NCBI RefSeq assembly: GCF_004010195.1
Contig: NC_057755.1
Span: 11,565,868 to 11,626,072, forward strand
Direction: 5' to 3'
DNA: 60,205 nucleotides
DNA from: Chiloscyllium plagiosum
Lineage: Eukaryota
Shown here: positions 27,368 to 40,318 of the stretch, one piece after another
How the letters are laid out: each line of letters begins with the position of its first letter
Position numbering within the stretch: position 1 is the first letter of the stretch
Translations under genes and position numbers: made by a program
Notes under the pieces: model-generated
What the model saw: only the letters and a program-made list of their open reading frames with translations
What the model was told of the DNA's origin: nothing
Database searches by the model: none

Positions 27368-27770
27368 ATGTTTCCCTTTTATTGTTTCCTGATCATCTGC
27401 TACATACACGCCCCTTCCCCGGGTTCCCTCGCAGCCCGATCAGCTGTGGTGCTGGAGAGCCTCTCTTGTTGAGTAATGAGTTATGGAGACACCCACCTAG
27501 AGTACATTATCTGGCCCTTCCACCCTCCATGCTGTGTTTAAATAGAGAAAAAGTGGTAATGCGCAGCAGGTTTCTTGGCCTGGTTTTAACCTGGTGCCAC
27601 GAGACATGATTGGATCCAGAATCAATGCTGAGCACTATATTGATGATAGAAGAGGGAACTGCGCCCTCTCCGTGGCTCTCTCCTGGCAGTAAGACAGGAG
27701 CAAACAGAAAGGGTTGTGATGTTGCGTGGCTCACAGTCTTCCTCAAATAATCCTGCTTCACAACTTCTGA
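27368..27770 (+). pseudogene. Possible decayed Ig V-set-like pseudogene (speculative)
   Basis: Hydrophobic leader MFPFYCFLIIC, LSC-x14-W, then in a shifted frame RGNCALSV...KGL*CCVA; several stops. Confidence 0.25.
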
Positions 27771-29209
27771 GTGATGCCTAATTACTTAGCGAGAAATACA
27801 CAGCAGGTCAGTTATATATTTTTTACAATAAAGAGTCATCACGACTTTAAAATAAACTCAACATTATTGTTTTTCAGTGAAAGATAATTGAAGTGAACAA
27901 TAATTAAATTGCCAAGTGCGCACCTACTTATTACACAATTCTGTGACTATAGTAAACAGCTGATTCATGTTCAGATCAGTGAACATCTTGCAGTAAGAAA
28001 ATCTTTTGAAAACGGCTGTGTGAAAGCATGAATTCGGATACAGTGCAGTTCGGGCTCACCATTCCCTCTAAAACACTTGCCATCTCCTAAATTCATCGAG
28101 AGAGATTCCAAACTAGACCAGTGCCAGACTCTGAGGAATTCAATAAAATGGAAATATATCGTTGACCAGAACAAAAGTATGCCTACATTAGCTCGTTTCA
28201 AATTTTAAGGCCTTGTTCAACCCATTGTTAAATGTTCAAAGAATCCCTCACAACAGAGCAGTTAGAGACATCCCTGAACAACAAGGAAGTGTATGCGGCA
28301 GGACCAACACAGTCGCACATTTCTGGTCCAAGTGATGTTTAACATTCATGCAAGTGGCCTGCCAACAATCGTGTCTCAGAAGGTCACTTCTGCTGATGAT
28401 TAGTTTCTCACCTAAGCTCTGAAATTTGCACCATTGACTAGTTGCTGAATAAAGGTTAAAAGCCTGAGAAACGTCTGTCGCATATGATGGCTTATATTGA
28501 CTGCTCAGAAGTCATACCCAGTATGTTTCAGTGCCACAATATCAGCATCCAAACAGAATTTTGCATTTACTTTGATGATCAATGTAATCACAGACGAACA
28601 TCCGTTTACATAGAAATTTATATGTAAATATTTTCCACGTTGTTCTAACCATTAACAACAATACTCACACTGAATGTTAGACATCCTTCGGTAATTCCCA
28701 TGTTTTGATTGTCCAATATGGACTAATCGATTTATTTATTTTGAGTAAAATTATGACGAGAATGTAATGATAACAATGCACAAAACACAATAAGGAACTT
28801 TGAACCGACGAATCTGGTTGTTACATCCAAGATCAAAATGTTCTTCACAGCAAGGACTTTGAAAATGTCCAATTATTTTTCCCTTGTACGAATATCTTTT
28901 GCTAATATTCACACATAATCAATTTCTTGTCAACACTATAACTGTGTCTAAATGTTTTACTGTCCAGATACTATTACGTTTCAAATTATTCTGCCTTATT
29001 TATTATTGTGTAAATTGGTATGTGAATGACGGGTCTGAGTGATGTTAGGTATGCAGTCCACGCCTCTGAAAGACAGGCGAGTTGTTTCAAACAGCAAATC
29101 CCTTCATCTTTTTACAACAGGCAAGGTACCAATTGGACCCAACCAGCCTGAACTCACAAAACACAAAACTCAATGTCGAACCTGAGCGATGTTTGCACAA
29201 TATTTTGAA

Positions 29210-29560
29210 TTTTAATTCATTTATGGGATGTAGGCGTTGCTAGTTAGGCTCTTTTCTTCGTTTCCATCAAGAAGGTGTTGGTGAATTGCCATCTTTAGCA
29301 GATTTGTTCTGTATACTAAAGGAAGATTTGCAATGTGATTAGGAAAGATGTTCAAACAGTGACACTGAATGAAAGGCGTCATATTTCAAAATCAGGATAG
29401 TGAGTGGTTTGGAACTGAAGTTGAACATGGTGGTGTTCCCATGTATCAGCTGCCCTTGTACTTCCAGATGGCCATGAGTTTGTAAGATGCTGTGAAAGGA
29501 GCGTTGGTGCATTTCTGCAGAGAACCTTGTAGACGTTACATAGTGCTGCCAGTATCGTCA
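29210..29560 (-). mobile_element. Old non-LTR (CR1/L2-group) LINE 3' end
   Basis: C-terminal peptide VYKVLCRNAPTLLSQHL...TRAADTWEHHH followed by a 3' UTR. Confidence 0.6.
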
Positions 29561-30944
29561 GATGAGGGGTGAAGCTGCACTCAGCCAGACAAATGGGACA
29601 GATATAGCAAAGCGTTGGATGCAAATTAATTGTCAAACTAAACTGTCCCCATCATCACTCCGATGCAGGGGCAGTAGGAGTTTCCATATAGAATAAAGCC
29701 TAGCCTGCAACATCCCTTTTCAAATATCCAGGCCATGTTCAGCACGATAGCAGATATTCACTAAATCACCGACAGCACTGTCCCCATCAACCACTGAAGG
29801 GCAGGTACTGCACGGGATTACACACAGAGTAATGGTCCCATTTCAGGAGCACTTTTCAAATTTCCAGGCGACAATCAGCATATTGTTTAAATCAGGTCCA
29901 ATTTATCGTCATTAAACTTCAAAGGATAGGTACTGTACAGGATATGATACAAATTAAATCACCATTTAAACTGCCCTCTCTCAAACATTTCCAGGGCAAG
30001 TTAATCACAACATTGCATACAGATTAACATTCAGTCTACCCTGTCCTCATCAAATGCTGAAGGACAGTTGTAACATGAGGGTTACGTAAAGAATAAATCT
30101 CATTCGGCCCTGCCCCCATCAAATACTCCTAGGACAGGGACCCATGATGATGGATACAGAATAAACCTCTCTCAAACCTATCCCCATCAAACCATCTCAG
30201 GACAGCTTTAGGACGGGGTTAGAAACAAATTAAAGCCGCATTTGTACTGTTCTCTGCCAAGATTCCCAGGTTGCAGATGGTATAATTTAGATACAGAGTA
30301 AATCTCATCTTTCAACACAAAAATTAAATTTCAAGTAAACTTCCTTCTTGACTGTGCCCCATCAAACACTCCAGAACTGGTACAGCGAGGGTTTAAATAC
30401 TGTGCAAAGTCTCTCTGCACTAGCCCCTTTTAAATTCCCAGGCCATATTCAACATGGGGTTAGACATTCATTAAATTATGGCACACACCATCTCCATCAA
30501 ACATTCCCAGGAAAGGTACAGCACAGTTAGATACAGAAGAAATCTCCCTCTACTCTTTTAAGGTGAATATTGCACTCTGCACCCTCCGCCCCCCTTCCCC
30601 CATTAAACACTCACACAGTAGAGACAGCAAGGTGTCAGGCACAGTGTGGTGCGCTCTCTATTTTTATGAACTGAAAGTAAAATTAAAATAAAGTTCTGTC
30701 TATGTTGGCTCCATCAAAAATAAAACCCAGCATAGGAACATGGTAGGGTTAGATACAAAGTAAAAGCTCGCACTATTCTCTTAAGCAGAAAGAAATGCCT
30801 CTCTACAATATCTTCAGCTAATTCGACCATGATTGGTGTATCACTTTGTTAGATACAGAGTAACGACCACTATGCACTGTGCCCATCAGCCACTCCCAGG
30901 AGAGCTACGGAACAGCATAAAGATCACTCGTTTTTAAAACAATA

Positions 30945-31110
30945 AACTGAAAAATCAAAACATCAGAATAAAAATTGGTATTGTGAGAAAATCTCATCAG
31001 GTCTGGCAACATTTGTGGAGTAAAAACAGAGTAAACGTTTCAGGTCCAGTGACCCTTCTTCAGACAGTTAACTCAGTTTTCTCTCTATCCGTGCTGAAAG
31101 ATCTCTCTCG
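30945..31110 (-). mobile_element. PLE terminus with hammerhead core (31034-31063) inserted in the array
   Basis: Reverse complement reads CTGAAGA-A-GGGTC-ACTG-GACCT-GAAACGTT. Confidence 0.7.
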
Positions 31111-31717
31111 TCTGACCCCATCCTACACTCCAGAACAGGTACCACAGCAGGTTACATGCAGACTAAAGTTCGTTCTGCACTGGCCCTTGTTGAATACACA
31201 GGCCAGGTGAAGCATGGAATTCTATATTGGTTAATTCGTCGCTACACTAACCCCAACAAACTCTCCTAGGACAGATACAGAATGAGGTTAGATATGAAAT
31301 AGTCATCATCAGATGCAACCATTTGTCAAATACACAAGCCATGATCAACATGGTAGATATTGATTAAATCAGACCCAACACTGTTTTCATCGAACAATCT
31401 CTGGAAAGCCACAGTACAGTGTTATATAAAAACCCTGCACTGCCCCTGTCAAACACCGAATAACAGTACAACATGGGGTTAGATGCAGAGTTAAACTGCA
31501 CTGTTCCCTGCAATCACTTCTGGACAGGTACAACAGGGGGTTAGAACACCCCTTACATGAATCGTTTGAAATATCCAGACCATGTTCAGCTTCGAGCCTT
31601 TTAAATTGAAAGTAAACAATCTCTACTCATTTAATCTGAAATTAAAACTGTTTTTACACTAGTAAAGAGAGAATAAAGTTCTGTTGACAGAGTCCCTTAT
31701 CAAATGATTCATGGACA

Positions 31718-31953
31718 TTGTTGTGGTTCTGTTCGCCGAGCTGGGAATTTGTGTTGCAGACGTTTCGTCCCCTGTCTAGGTGACATCCTCAGTGCTTGGG
31801 AGCCTCCTGTGAAGCGCTTCTGTGATCTTTCTTCCGGAGGAAAGATCACAGAAGCGCTTCACAGGAGGCTCCCAAGCACTGAGGATGTCACCTAGACAGG
31901 GGACAAAACGTCTGCAACACAAATTCCCAGCTCGGCGAACAGAACCACAACAA
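31718..31953. repeat. 236-bp zero-spacer palindrome of two inverted hammerhead-bearing PLE termini (insert 31719-31990, 12-bp TSD)
   Basis: 118-bp arms centred on 31835/31836 with 2 mismatches; ATTCATGGACAT at 31707-31718 and 31991-32002. Confidence 0.95.
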
Positions 31954-34509
31954 CGAGCATCTGAGCTACAGATCTTTTCACAAACATTGAATTCATGGAC
32001 ATATGCAGCACAAAGTTCGATACAAATTAAAACTCGCGAGGACAGGTAAGATACACGTTTGGACACAGACTAAATGTTTATTTATACTATTGTCCGTCAG
32101 ATACTCTCGAGACAATTACAGTATGGGGTTTGAGTCAGAGTGAAATCCTTATCAAGTTTCCATATTCAACATGGGATTATACATTCATCAAATCATTCCA
32201 CAACTCCATCTGCGTCAACTGCTGAAGGAGAAGTATAGCACAGGGTTAGATGCAAATTAATGCATCCGTCTATACAGTCCCCATCAAATAATGGCACGAA
32301 AGATTCATCAAGGGACTCGATATAAATTGAAGTTTATCTGCACTGGCCACAACAATCATTTTCAGGACAACAACTAGAGGGGCTTAGCATCAAACTGAAA
32401 TTCCACCTGCACTGATTCTCCTCAAATATACACTTTTTTGAGCAGACATTGAACATTGAATAAAATACCCCTCAGGCACTCCCAGTGCAGGGACAGCAAA
32501 AGGTTAGATACACAGTACAGCTTCACCTACACTGTCTCAATCCAGGACTGAAAGATATATGCAGCATAGAGTTAGACACAGAATAAAGCTCGCTCAGACT
32601 GTGTCTTTTTCGAATTCCCAGGCTGCGTTCAGCATTCATTTAGGTGTTGATTAAATCAGCAGCCAAAACTTCCCCAATAAAATCACCTCAAACAGGTATA
32701 GCTTTGAGTTATAAACAAGGTAAAGCTCTTCCTATACAATACAGGCACTTTACAAATTCCCAGACCGTGGGGTTAGATAATCATTAAAACCCGCCACTCC
32801 CACACCCCAAAACACAATAACCCATTGTCTCCATCAAACAGTCCCAGGACAATTACAGCACAGAGTTACAGACAGACTAAATCTCCCTCTTATCTGTGCT
32901 CCACCAGAATGTCTTAGGTACAGATGGGGTTAGGTGTGCAGTCGATCGCACACAGTGTTTGTGTTCCCTGTCCGTGTTGTCAATTCAGTTAAGTATTGAT
33001 TATATTTCTGCCCCAGACTGCTCCAATCAAACTATCACAGGAAACGTCTAGCCTGTGGTTAGTTGCAAATTAAATCTACATCTAAACACACTTCCACCAA
33101 CACCCCAGGGCAAGGATAGCACAGCGTTAGATACAGAATAAAGAACACTGCACTGGAACCATCAAACACTCCCAGGCCCTGTATATCGTGGGTTTAGATA
33201 CAAAATGACTCTTCATCTCTTCTGTCCACATAAAACACACACTCTAAGGACAAGGTTAAAAGGCAGACGACAAGAGGTTATAGCCCAACAGACTTATTTG
33301 AAATTACAGATGTTTATCAGTTGATCTCCATTTCGTTCTGAAAGCTTCTGATTTCAAATAAACCTGTTGAAATATAACTTGTTGTTGTGTGACTTCTGAC
33401 ATTATTCTTCCCAGTCCAAAACCGGCACCACAGTATCGTCAATCATACGACAGGCACTGAATATTGTTAGAGACATGTTAAATTTTCCTCTGCACTGAAC
33501 CCATGAAACAATCCCAAGACAGGTGCAACACAGTATTAGAAACAAAATAAAACTAACTGTGTACTGTCCCCATCAAATACACCTAGGCAGTTACAGAGCA
33601 GGTTTAGATACAGAATAAACTTCCCACTGCACTGTCCTGATCAAATAGGCAGGATAGGATTTGATGTTGACTTAATCACACCCCACACTGTCCAATCAAA
33701 CTCTCCTAGGACACATCCTGTGCAGGTTATTTACAAATTATAATTTAATTTTCACTGCCCTCCATCAAACACTCCAGGAGTATTAGATACAGTACATTTT
33801 AGAGGTCAGTTGATACTGTACCCAGCAAATCTCCTAGTACAGCGTAACGTACTGTAACTGTCCCAATCAAAATCTTCAGAACACATATCACACGCGGTTA
33901 GTTCGACAGGAAAGCTCCACGTGCAACATTTTATCAACTATACAGGCCATGTTCAGCACAGTGTTACTTATTTATTAAATCACCTTGTTTTTCTGTTTTA
34001 AACAAAAGTGCACAAAAAACTCTTTATACTGAAAATGAAACTGCCATTTTCTCTTAAATGTAAAGTAAAGCTCATTCATCACTGTACCATCAAAGCATCT
34101 CAGAACAGGTACAGCACAGGTTAGAGACAAAATTAAGCTACCACTCAAGGGTATTCAATCAAACTCTCCCAGTGCAGGGACAGCAGAATTATAGGTCCAT
34201 AATAATCATTCTGCCCTCTCCCCATAAACACTGAGCAATGGGGACAGCACAGCTTTCGTTATGAATAAAAGTTCCATCTAGTCTCTCCGATGGAATCAAT
34301 CTCCAGTCAGGGACAGCACGGGGTTAGATAGAGTGTAATTCTCCCACTATGCTGTCAAAGAACAAACGAAGAACAGACAGTTCAGCACAGGAACAGGCCG
34401 TGCAGCCACAAAGATCGCCCTAACGTTTGATGCCTTTCTAAATTAAAATTATTTTACCATGACACAATCCCTAACTCTATACTCAATCTATTCATGTATC
34501 TGTCACGAT

Positions 34510-34808
34510 GAACTAGAGGGCATAGGTTTAGGGTGAGAGGGGAAAGATATAAAAGAGACCTAAGGGACAACTTTTTCACGCAGAGGATGGTACGTATATG
34601 GAATGAGCTGCCAGATGATGTGGTGGAGGCTGGTACAATTGCAACATTTAAGAGGCATTTGGATGGCTATATGAATAGGAAGGGTTTGGAGGGATATGGG
34701 CCTGGTGCTGACAGATGGGACTAGATTGGGTTGGGATATCTGGTCGGCATGGACGGGTTGGACAGAAGGGTCTATTTTCATGCTGTGCATCTCTATGACT
34801 CTATGACT
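34510..34808 (+). mobile_element. Young HER1/CR1 3' end
   Basis: RGERYKRDLRDNFFTQRMVRIWNELP; tail CTCTATGACTCTATGACT. Confidence 0.9.
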
Positions 34809-34889
34809 GTTAAATATAGTTATTGCATCTGCTTTCATCACTTCCTTTACCAGCAATTTCCAGGCACTTTTTTAAATACACTGCAAATG

Positions 34890-35720
34890 ATATTTCTACC
34901 ATGGGAAATGGACTCCATCTATCCAGGCCTCTCATAATTTTATAAACCCCTATCGACACACACACAGCCTCCGAATTTCAAGTGAAAACAGACAATTTTG
35001 TTCAGTTTCTCCTCATGGATACGACCGTCCAAACCCAGGCAACATCCTAGTAAACTCTTAGTACACCCTCTATAAAGTCTCAAAATCCTCCTCGTGGTGT
35101 GGTGACTGGTAATGTAGGTGAACAGAAGTTCAACAGAGATGCAACACGACTTGCCATTTTTCATACTGTATGCCTGAATCGATAGTGAACAACATGCCTC
35201 CAGCATCTTGATCACATTATCCACTTGTTTTGCCACTTTCAGGGAACTGTGGACCTGTAACCCAAATGGATCCCTCTGTATGTTACTGTTACTAATAGTT
35301 CGTCCAATTACTGTGCAGTTCTGTCCTGAATTAGACCTTACAAAATGCATCACTTTGCTATTGTCCATATTAAATTCCATCTGCACTTCTCTGACATCTC
35401 CAGCCAATCTCCCCCCTGCTGCATAATCTGGCAATCCACGTCACGATCCACAGCTCCCCCAAACATTGTGATGTCCACAAATTTACTAATTGGATCACCT
35501 GCATTCTCGTCCAAAGAACAGCAGTCCCAACACTGAGCTCTCCGGCACGCCACTGATCTGCTGTCAGATAACCATCCTACCAGCATTATTCTACCTTCTA
35601 AGACCAAGTGAGTTCTGTGTACGTCTTCACAACTTACCACAGATCCCATTTGAATTCACATTCTATCTCAGCCATAAGGAATATTGTAAATGATCTTGTT
35701 AAATTCCATATAGACAACAT
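34890..35720 (-). mobile_element. Old CR1 RT fragment
   Basis: ISKFVDITMFGG and QMEFNMDNSKVMHF motifs. Confidence 0.75.
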
Positions 35721-35734
35721 GAAGCCCCCAGTGC

Positions 35735-38575
35735 TTGGATATAGTGGTTCTGGAATATTGTTCCTCCCCAGACATTGAATACCTTACAGTAAAATGCCGT
35801 CCTTACCAACTACCGTTAAAGTTTACCTCCACCATCCTGAGAGCAGTTTACATACCAACCCATGTGCATGTGAAGAATGCCTTAGACATTATTCACGCCA
35901 CCACAAACACTCCCCGAGATTCTATTCATCATTGTTGATTACTTCAACCAGACTAACCTCGAGGACGATACCAAAATACCTCCTGCATATCTGTTGCTGC
36001 ATCCGATGATCAAACATTCTGGACCAGTGCAACACAGCTATCAAAATGTCTACGGCTTCATTGCCCGCCCACACTTTGGAAATGTTGAGCTGGTGAGCTG
36101 CGCTCCACCTCCCAATTTACAAACATAAACTGAAATGTGAAGATTCTTCACAAAAGGCAGTACGATGCTGGTCTGAGTCTGTGGAAGACCGTCTCCAGGA
36201 CTGTTTGAATTCGGTGGACTATCCGTGTTCAAGTACTCAGTAACGAATCAGGACGAGTATGGCACCACCGTTATGGCTTTCCTTAGCAAATTCCTGGAGG
36301 ACAGTGTACCAAAGAAGACAATCTGAGTGTTCCCCAACCGTAACCTAGAATGAACGAGGAAATCTTTTCCTCACTGAAGACCAGACGGCAGCATTCAAGT
36401 CAGATGACGCAGATCAATACAAGATATCCAGGTATTAACTCTGCAAAGCCTTCAGAGAAGCCAAGTGGCAGGACTGCACCAAGTTACTAACCCAAACTAC
36501 CCATGCAACACCAGTCACCTGTGTCAAGGCGTAAACAACGTAACATGATATAAAATGCTTCAGAGCAAAATAGCAAACAAACACACATCGACCCGCTGTG
36601 CTGAGTGCTTTCTATATTCTGTTTGAGCAGAATTCCAGCTGTACGGTGACACACGCCCATCAGCCCTGATCAATTTGACACCACTGCAGATGTCAGTTCG
36701 TTCTTCCTGGGAGTCAGCCCAAGGAGATGGGCCCAGATGGTGCTCTCAGCCAACACTCAGATCCTGTGTGGATCGACTGGAGGAGAAGTTCACCGACATC
36801 ATCAACCTCTACCTCCAATGAGCTGAAATCCAATGAGCTAAAAAAAAACACTACCATCACCGTAAGTAAGAAAGCGCAAGCAACGTACCATAATCAATAT
36901 AATCCAGCAAATTTGACCTCCATGGTCATAAGTGCTTCTAGAGGCTGGTGATGGCCCACCTCAAGTCTTGCCTCCCAGCATTCTTCAATCCCTTACAATA
37001 TGCCTAACGTTGTAACAGGCCTACAGTTAATGTCACATCCTGAGGCCAGCATTCATCCCTGGATCACCTGGGCAACAATGACGCCTTCGTCAGAGTCATG
37101 TTCATCGATTACAGGTCTGCCTTCAACACCATTATCCCCTCCAGACTGATCTCAAAAGTCCGTATCCTTGGCCTACGCTCTACGCTCTGCAACCTGATCC
37201 TCACATTTCTAACCCACAGACCACAATCAGTGAAGCTAGACAAATGCACTTCCTTCACAATAGCACTAAACATTGGACCCTCTCAAGAATGTGTTCTCAG
37301 CCCCCACTGTACTTACTGAGCATCCAGAACTGTGTTGCCAAATTCCGAACAAACGCCGTCTACAAGATTGCTGATGACACCGTACAGTACGATGGATATG
37401 AAACAATGACAAATCAGAGTAGAGAACGGCAATGCAGGTTTGGTAAGGTGATGCAATGATAAGAATCTCTCTATCCATATCAGCAAAGCTAAGAAACTGA
37501 TCATTGACTTCAGAAAGAAAGGAGGAAAACATGCCCTCATCAACATCAGCAGAACTGGGGTTACGAGGGTGAAGAGTATCAAGTTCCTCGAAGTGACAAT
37601 AACCAACAAACTGTCCTGGACCTGCCACGCAGATGCAACGGTCAAGAGGGCACAACAATGGCTCTTCTTCCTAAGATTGTTCAACGAATTTAGTGTGTCC
37701 ACAAAGACCCTCTCCAAATTTTACAGATGTACGAATAGAAAGCTACTGTCTGGGTGTACAACGGTCTGATTAGATTTAGATTAGATTACTTTACAGTGTG
37801 GAAACAGGCCCTTCGGCCCAACAAGTCCACACCGACCCGCCGAAGCGCAACCCACCCAGACCCATTCCCCGACATTTACCCCTGCACCTAACACTACGGG
37901 CAATTTAGCATGGCCAATTCACCTGACCTGCACATTTTTGGACTGTGGGAGGAAACCGGAATACCCGAAGGAAACCCACGCAGACAAGGGGAGAATGTGC
38001 AAACTCCAGACAGTCAGTCACCTGAGGCAGGAATTGAACCCGGGTCTCTGGCGCTGTGAGGCAGCAGTGCTAACCACTGTGCCACCGTGCCGCCCACCAT
38101 ATCTGCCTGATATGGCAACTGCTCTGCCCAGAATTGTAAGAAACTACAGAACGTGGTCTGCACCACCAAGACCATAACAGAAGCCAACCTCCCATCCATA
38201 GGCTCCATTTACATGGCTCGTTGCCACGGAATGGCTGCCGAAATCATCAAATACCCACTGCGACAAGGTAATGCTCTCCTACAACCTCTTCATTCAGGCA
38301 TAAGATACAGAAGCCTGAACAAATGCACCAGTAGATGCAGGAACAGATTTTTCCTGGCCACTATTAGACTGATGAATGGACTGTCTGAATCAAATAATGC
38401 TGACTTTATTAATGTTGATCTTCCTCGCAAAATCTCTCTGCGATATAACTTGTATGCCTCTGCCCAATATTTTCCACCCTATGATTTGCAAGTCCTTCAT
38501 TACTATAATCTGCCTGCACTGCTTGTAAACAGGCTTTTCACTGTACTGAGGTACACGTGACAAAAAAATCAAATT
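35735..38575 (+). mobile_element. Rex1/Babar-type LINE remnant
   Basis: EYLTVKCRPYQLP...AVYIP; FIDYRSAFNTIIPSRLISK; KIADDTV; FFLRLF; 3' end CTTTTCACTGTAC...GTGACAA. Confidence 0.8.
37768..38095 (-). mobile_element. Full-length young HE1 SINE inserted in the Rex1-like LINE
   Basis: Reverse complement runs from GGGCGGCACGGTGGCACAGTGG through GGGTTCAATTCC to an (AATCT)n tail. Confidence 0.93.
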
Positions 38576-38579
38576 TTCT

Positions 38580-39790
38580 TTTAGACAAGTCGAGCTACCA
38601 CTGATCCTTCTGGCATACTGCTGTTCATACTCCAGCGAGAAAGCAGCCCTCCACCACGATCCTGTTACCCATCTTCCAACTAAATTTGTACACAAATAGC
38701 TCGCTCTCCTGAGAAGGCTCATGATCTAAACCTTACAAACCACTTTAATATGTGGAGTCTTGTTGAACGTCTTACTGAAGTCCATGTGCACTACGTCCAC
38801 CATCTTGCTTCATCAATCCTTTTCGTCACTTTTTCAAAAACGAAGCTTAATCAGTTTTGTGCGGCATTGTTTTCCACATATGGAGCCATATTGACGATCT
38901 CGAATCAGTCCTTGCCTTTTCCAAATGCATCAAAATCATGTCCTTCATCCTCTCCAAGAATTCAGCATCTTTTGACATCAGGCTCGCATGGCCTTTCCTT
39001 GTCACTTCCTTAAATAATAGCACCACATACGCCACCGTCTGTCTACTGGCACATCACCCAAGACGATCCCAGATACAAATATTTCAGCAAGTGGCCCAGC
39101 AAGCTCATCAGTAATATCCTACAAAGGTCAAATGTACGTATTATGACGTCCTAAAGAATTTATTTACCTTTTGCATTTTGAAACATGCTTCATAATATGG
39201 ACATTTTTCAAGATATCATTATTTATGTCTCCAAGTTCTCTACCTTCCATAATTGTTCTCCACTGTAAACACTTATGCAAAATAATTGTTCAGTATTTCA
39301 TCCATCTCCAGTGATTGCACACACAGGCAGCCTTGCTGATTTATTCTCCATCCAGTTACTTTTTTGCCTCTTAATGTATTTGTAGAATCTTTTGTATCTA
39401 ATTCACAAAGATAGCTTATGTCTACTTTCGGCCCTTCTGTGTTTTATCAAACTGCGCTTGTGCTCATCAACAGGCTTACTCGATGCCTGATATCTGTACT
39501 ACCATATGCATCCTTCTTTTTCTTGATCAGAGCCTAAATTTATCCAGCCTTCCAGCATTCTTAACAGCTGCCACTGTTGCCCTTTTCACGAACTGAACAT
39601 ACTGTTGTGCACTCTTGTAACCTCATTGTTGAAGGCGTCCCACTTTTCAGACATCTTTTTACCTGTGAATAGCCTCAAGCAATCAGTTTCCTGGAGTGTT
39701 TGCCTGAAATGTTCAAAATTGGCCGAAATGAATTTAGAACTTTGACACTTGCAGCAAGTTTTCTTCTTCATAAGTACTTTAAAACCAATA
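38580..39790 (-). mobile_element. Very decayed CR1 ORF2 fragment
   Basis: Remnants AYVVLLFKE and ILMHLEK; degenerate VDVVHMDFSK. Confidence 0.6.
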
Positions 39791-39795
39791 GATAC

Positions 39796-39990
39796 TGTGT
39801 AATAGGCTCTGGTGGCTGAATGACCTCCACCTGTTCCTGTGTAACAGACTCAAGAGCCTTAATGACCTCCTCCTGTTCCTGTCTAACAGACGTGAGAGGT
39901 TTAATATCTGCTTCACGTTCCTGTGTAACAGGTTCAAAGGGTTGAATGCCCTCTTCCTGTCCCTCTAAAACAGGCCTGAGACACTAAATG
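39796..39990 (+). repeat. Degenerate 42-bp tandem repeat (~4.5 copies) resembling a CR1 3'-terminal motif
   Basis: AA(C/T)AG anchors at 39801, 39843, 39885, 39927, 39969; approximate unit AACAGGCTCGAGGGGCTGAATGACCTCCTCCTGTTCCTGTGT. Confidence 0.85.
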
Positions 39991-40080
39991 AAAGCATCCC
40001 GTGGATTATTAGCAGCGATTAAACTGCACCTGATGGGGTCCACTCCCTTCTCAGTTACAGAAACACAAACAACACAATAT

Positions 40081-40141
40081 TGAACCCGGGTCTCTGGCGC
40101 TGTGAGGCAGCAGTGCTAACCACTGTGCCACCGTGCCGCCC
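40081..40141 (-). mobile_element. HE1 SINE tRNA-derived head only
   Basis: Matches 38035-38095. Confidence 0.85.
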
Positions 40142-40311
40142 ATAAATAAAGATTAAAACATTGGTAGATTTATGTTCTGTGCCTCAGTCGCATTCATGTA
40201 TTTCATTGAGACCGAGTAAATGTTCCCCTTAATTGTGATATGAAAAGCAATGTCAGGAAGGGGTTAACTGAACCTGTTTGTTCGGTGACTCTAATGTTAG
40301 TCTCCACTAAT

Positions 40312-40318
40312 TATAAAA
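40312..40318 (+). promoter_or_regulatory. Candidate TATA box of the GPCR gene
   Basis: TATAAAA about 150 nt upstream of ATG 40465. Confidence 0.35.

Larger units (their letters stand above)
29640..34356 (+). repeat. Degenerate ~68-69-bp tandem minisatellite array (~4.7 kb, roughly 60 units)
   Basis: Approximate consensus CTGTCCCCATCAAACACTCCCAGGACAGGTACAGCACGGGGTTAGATACAGAGTAAAGCTCCCTCTACA; CATC anchors at 30048, 30117, 30185. Confidence 0.9.

Noticed and set aside
31704..32066. Mirror-image ORFs on both strands
   Set aside because: A direct consequence of the palindrome; no coding signal
29640..34356. CRISPR-like repeat array
   Set aside because: Units are contiguous degenerate tandem copies with no unique spacers or cas genes, in a vertebrate context
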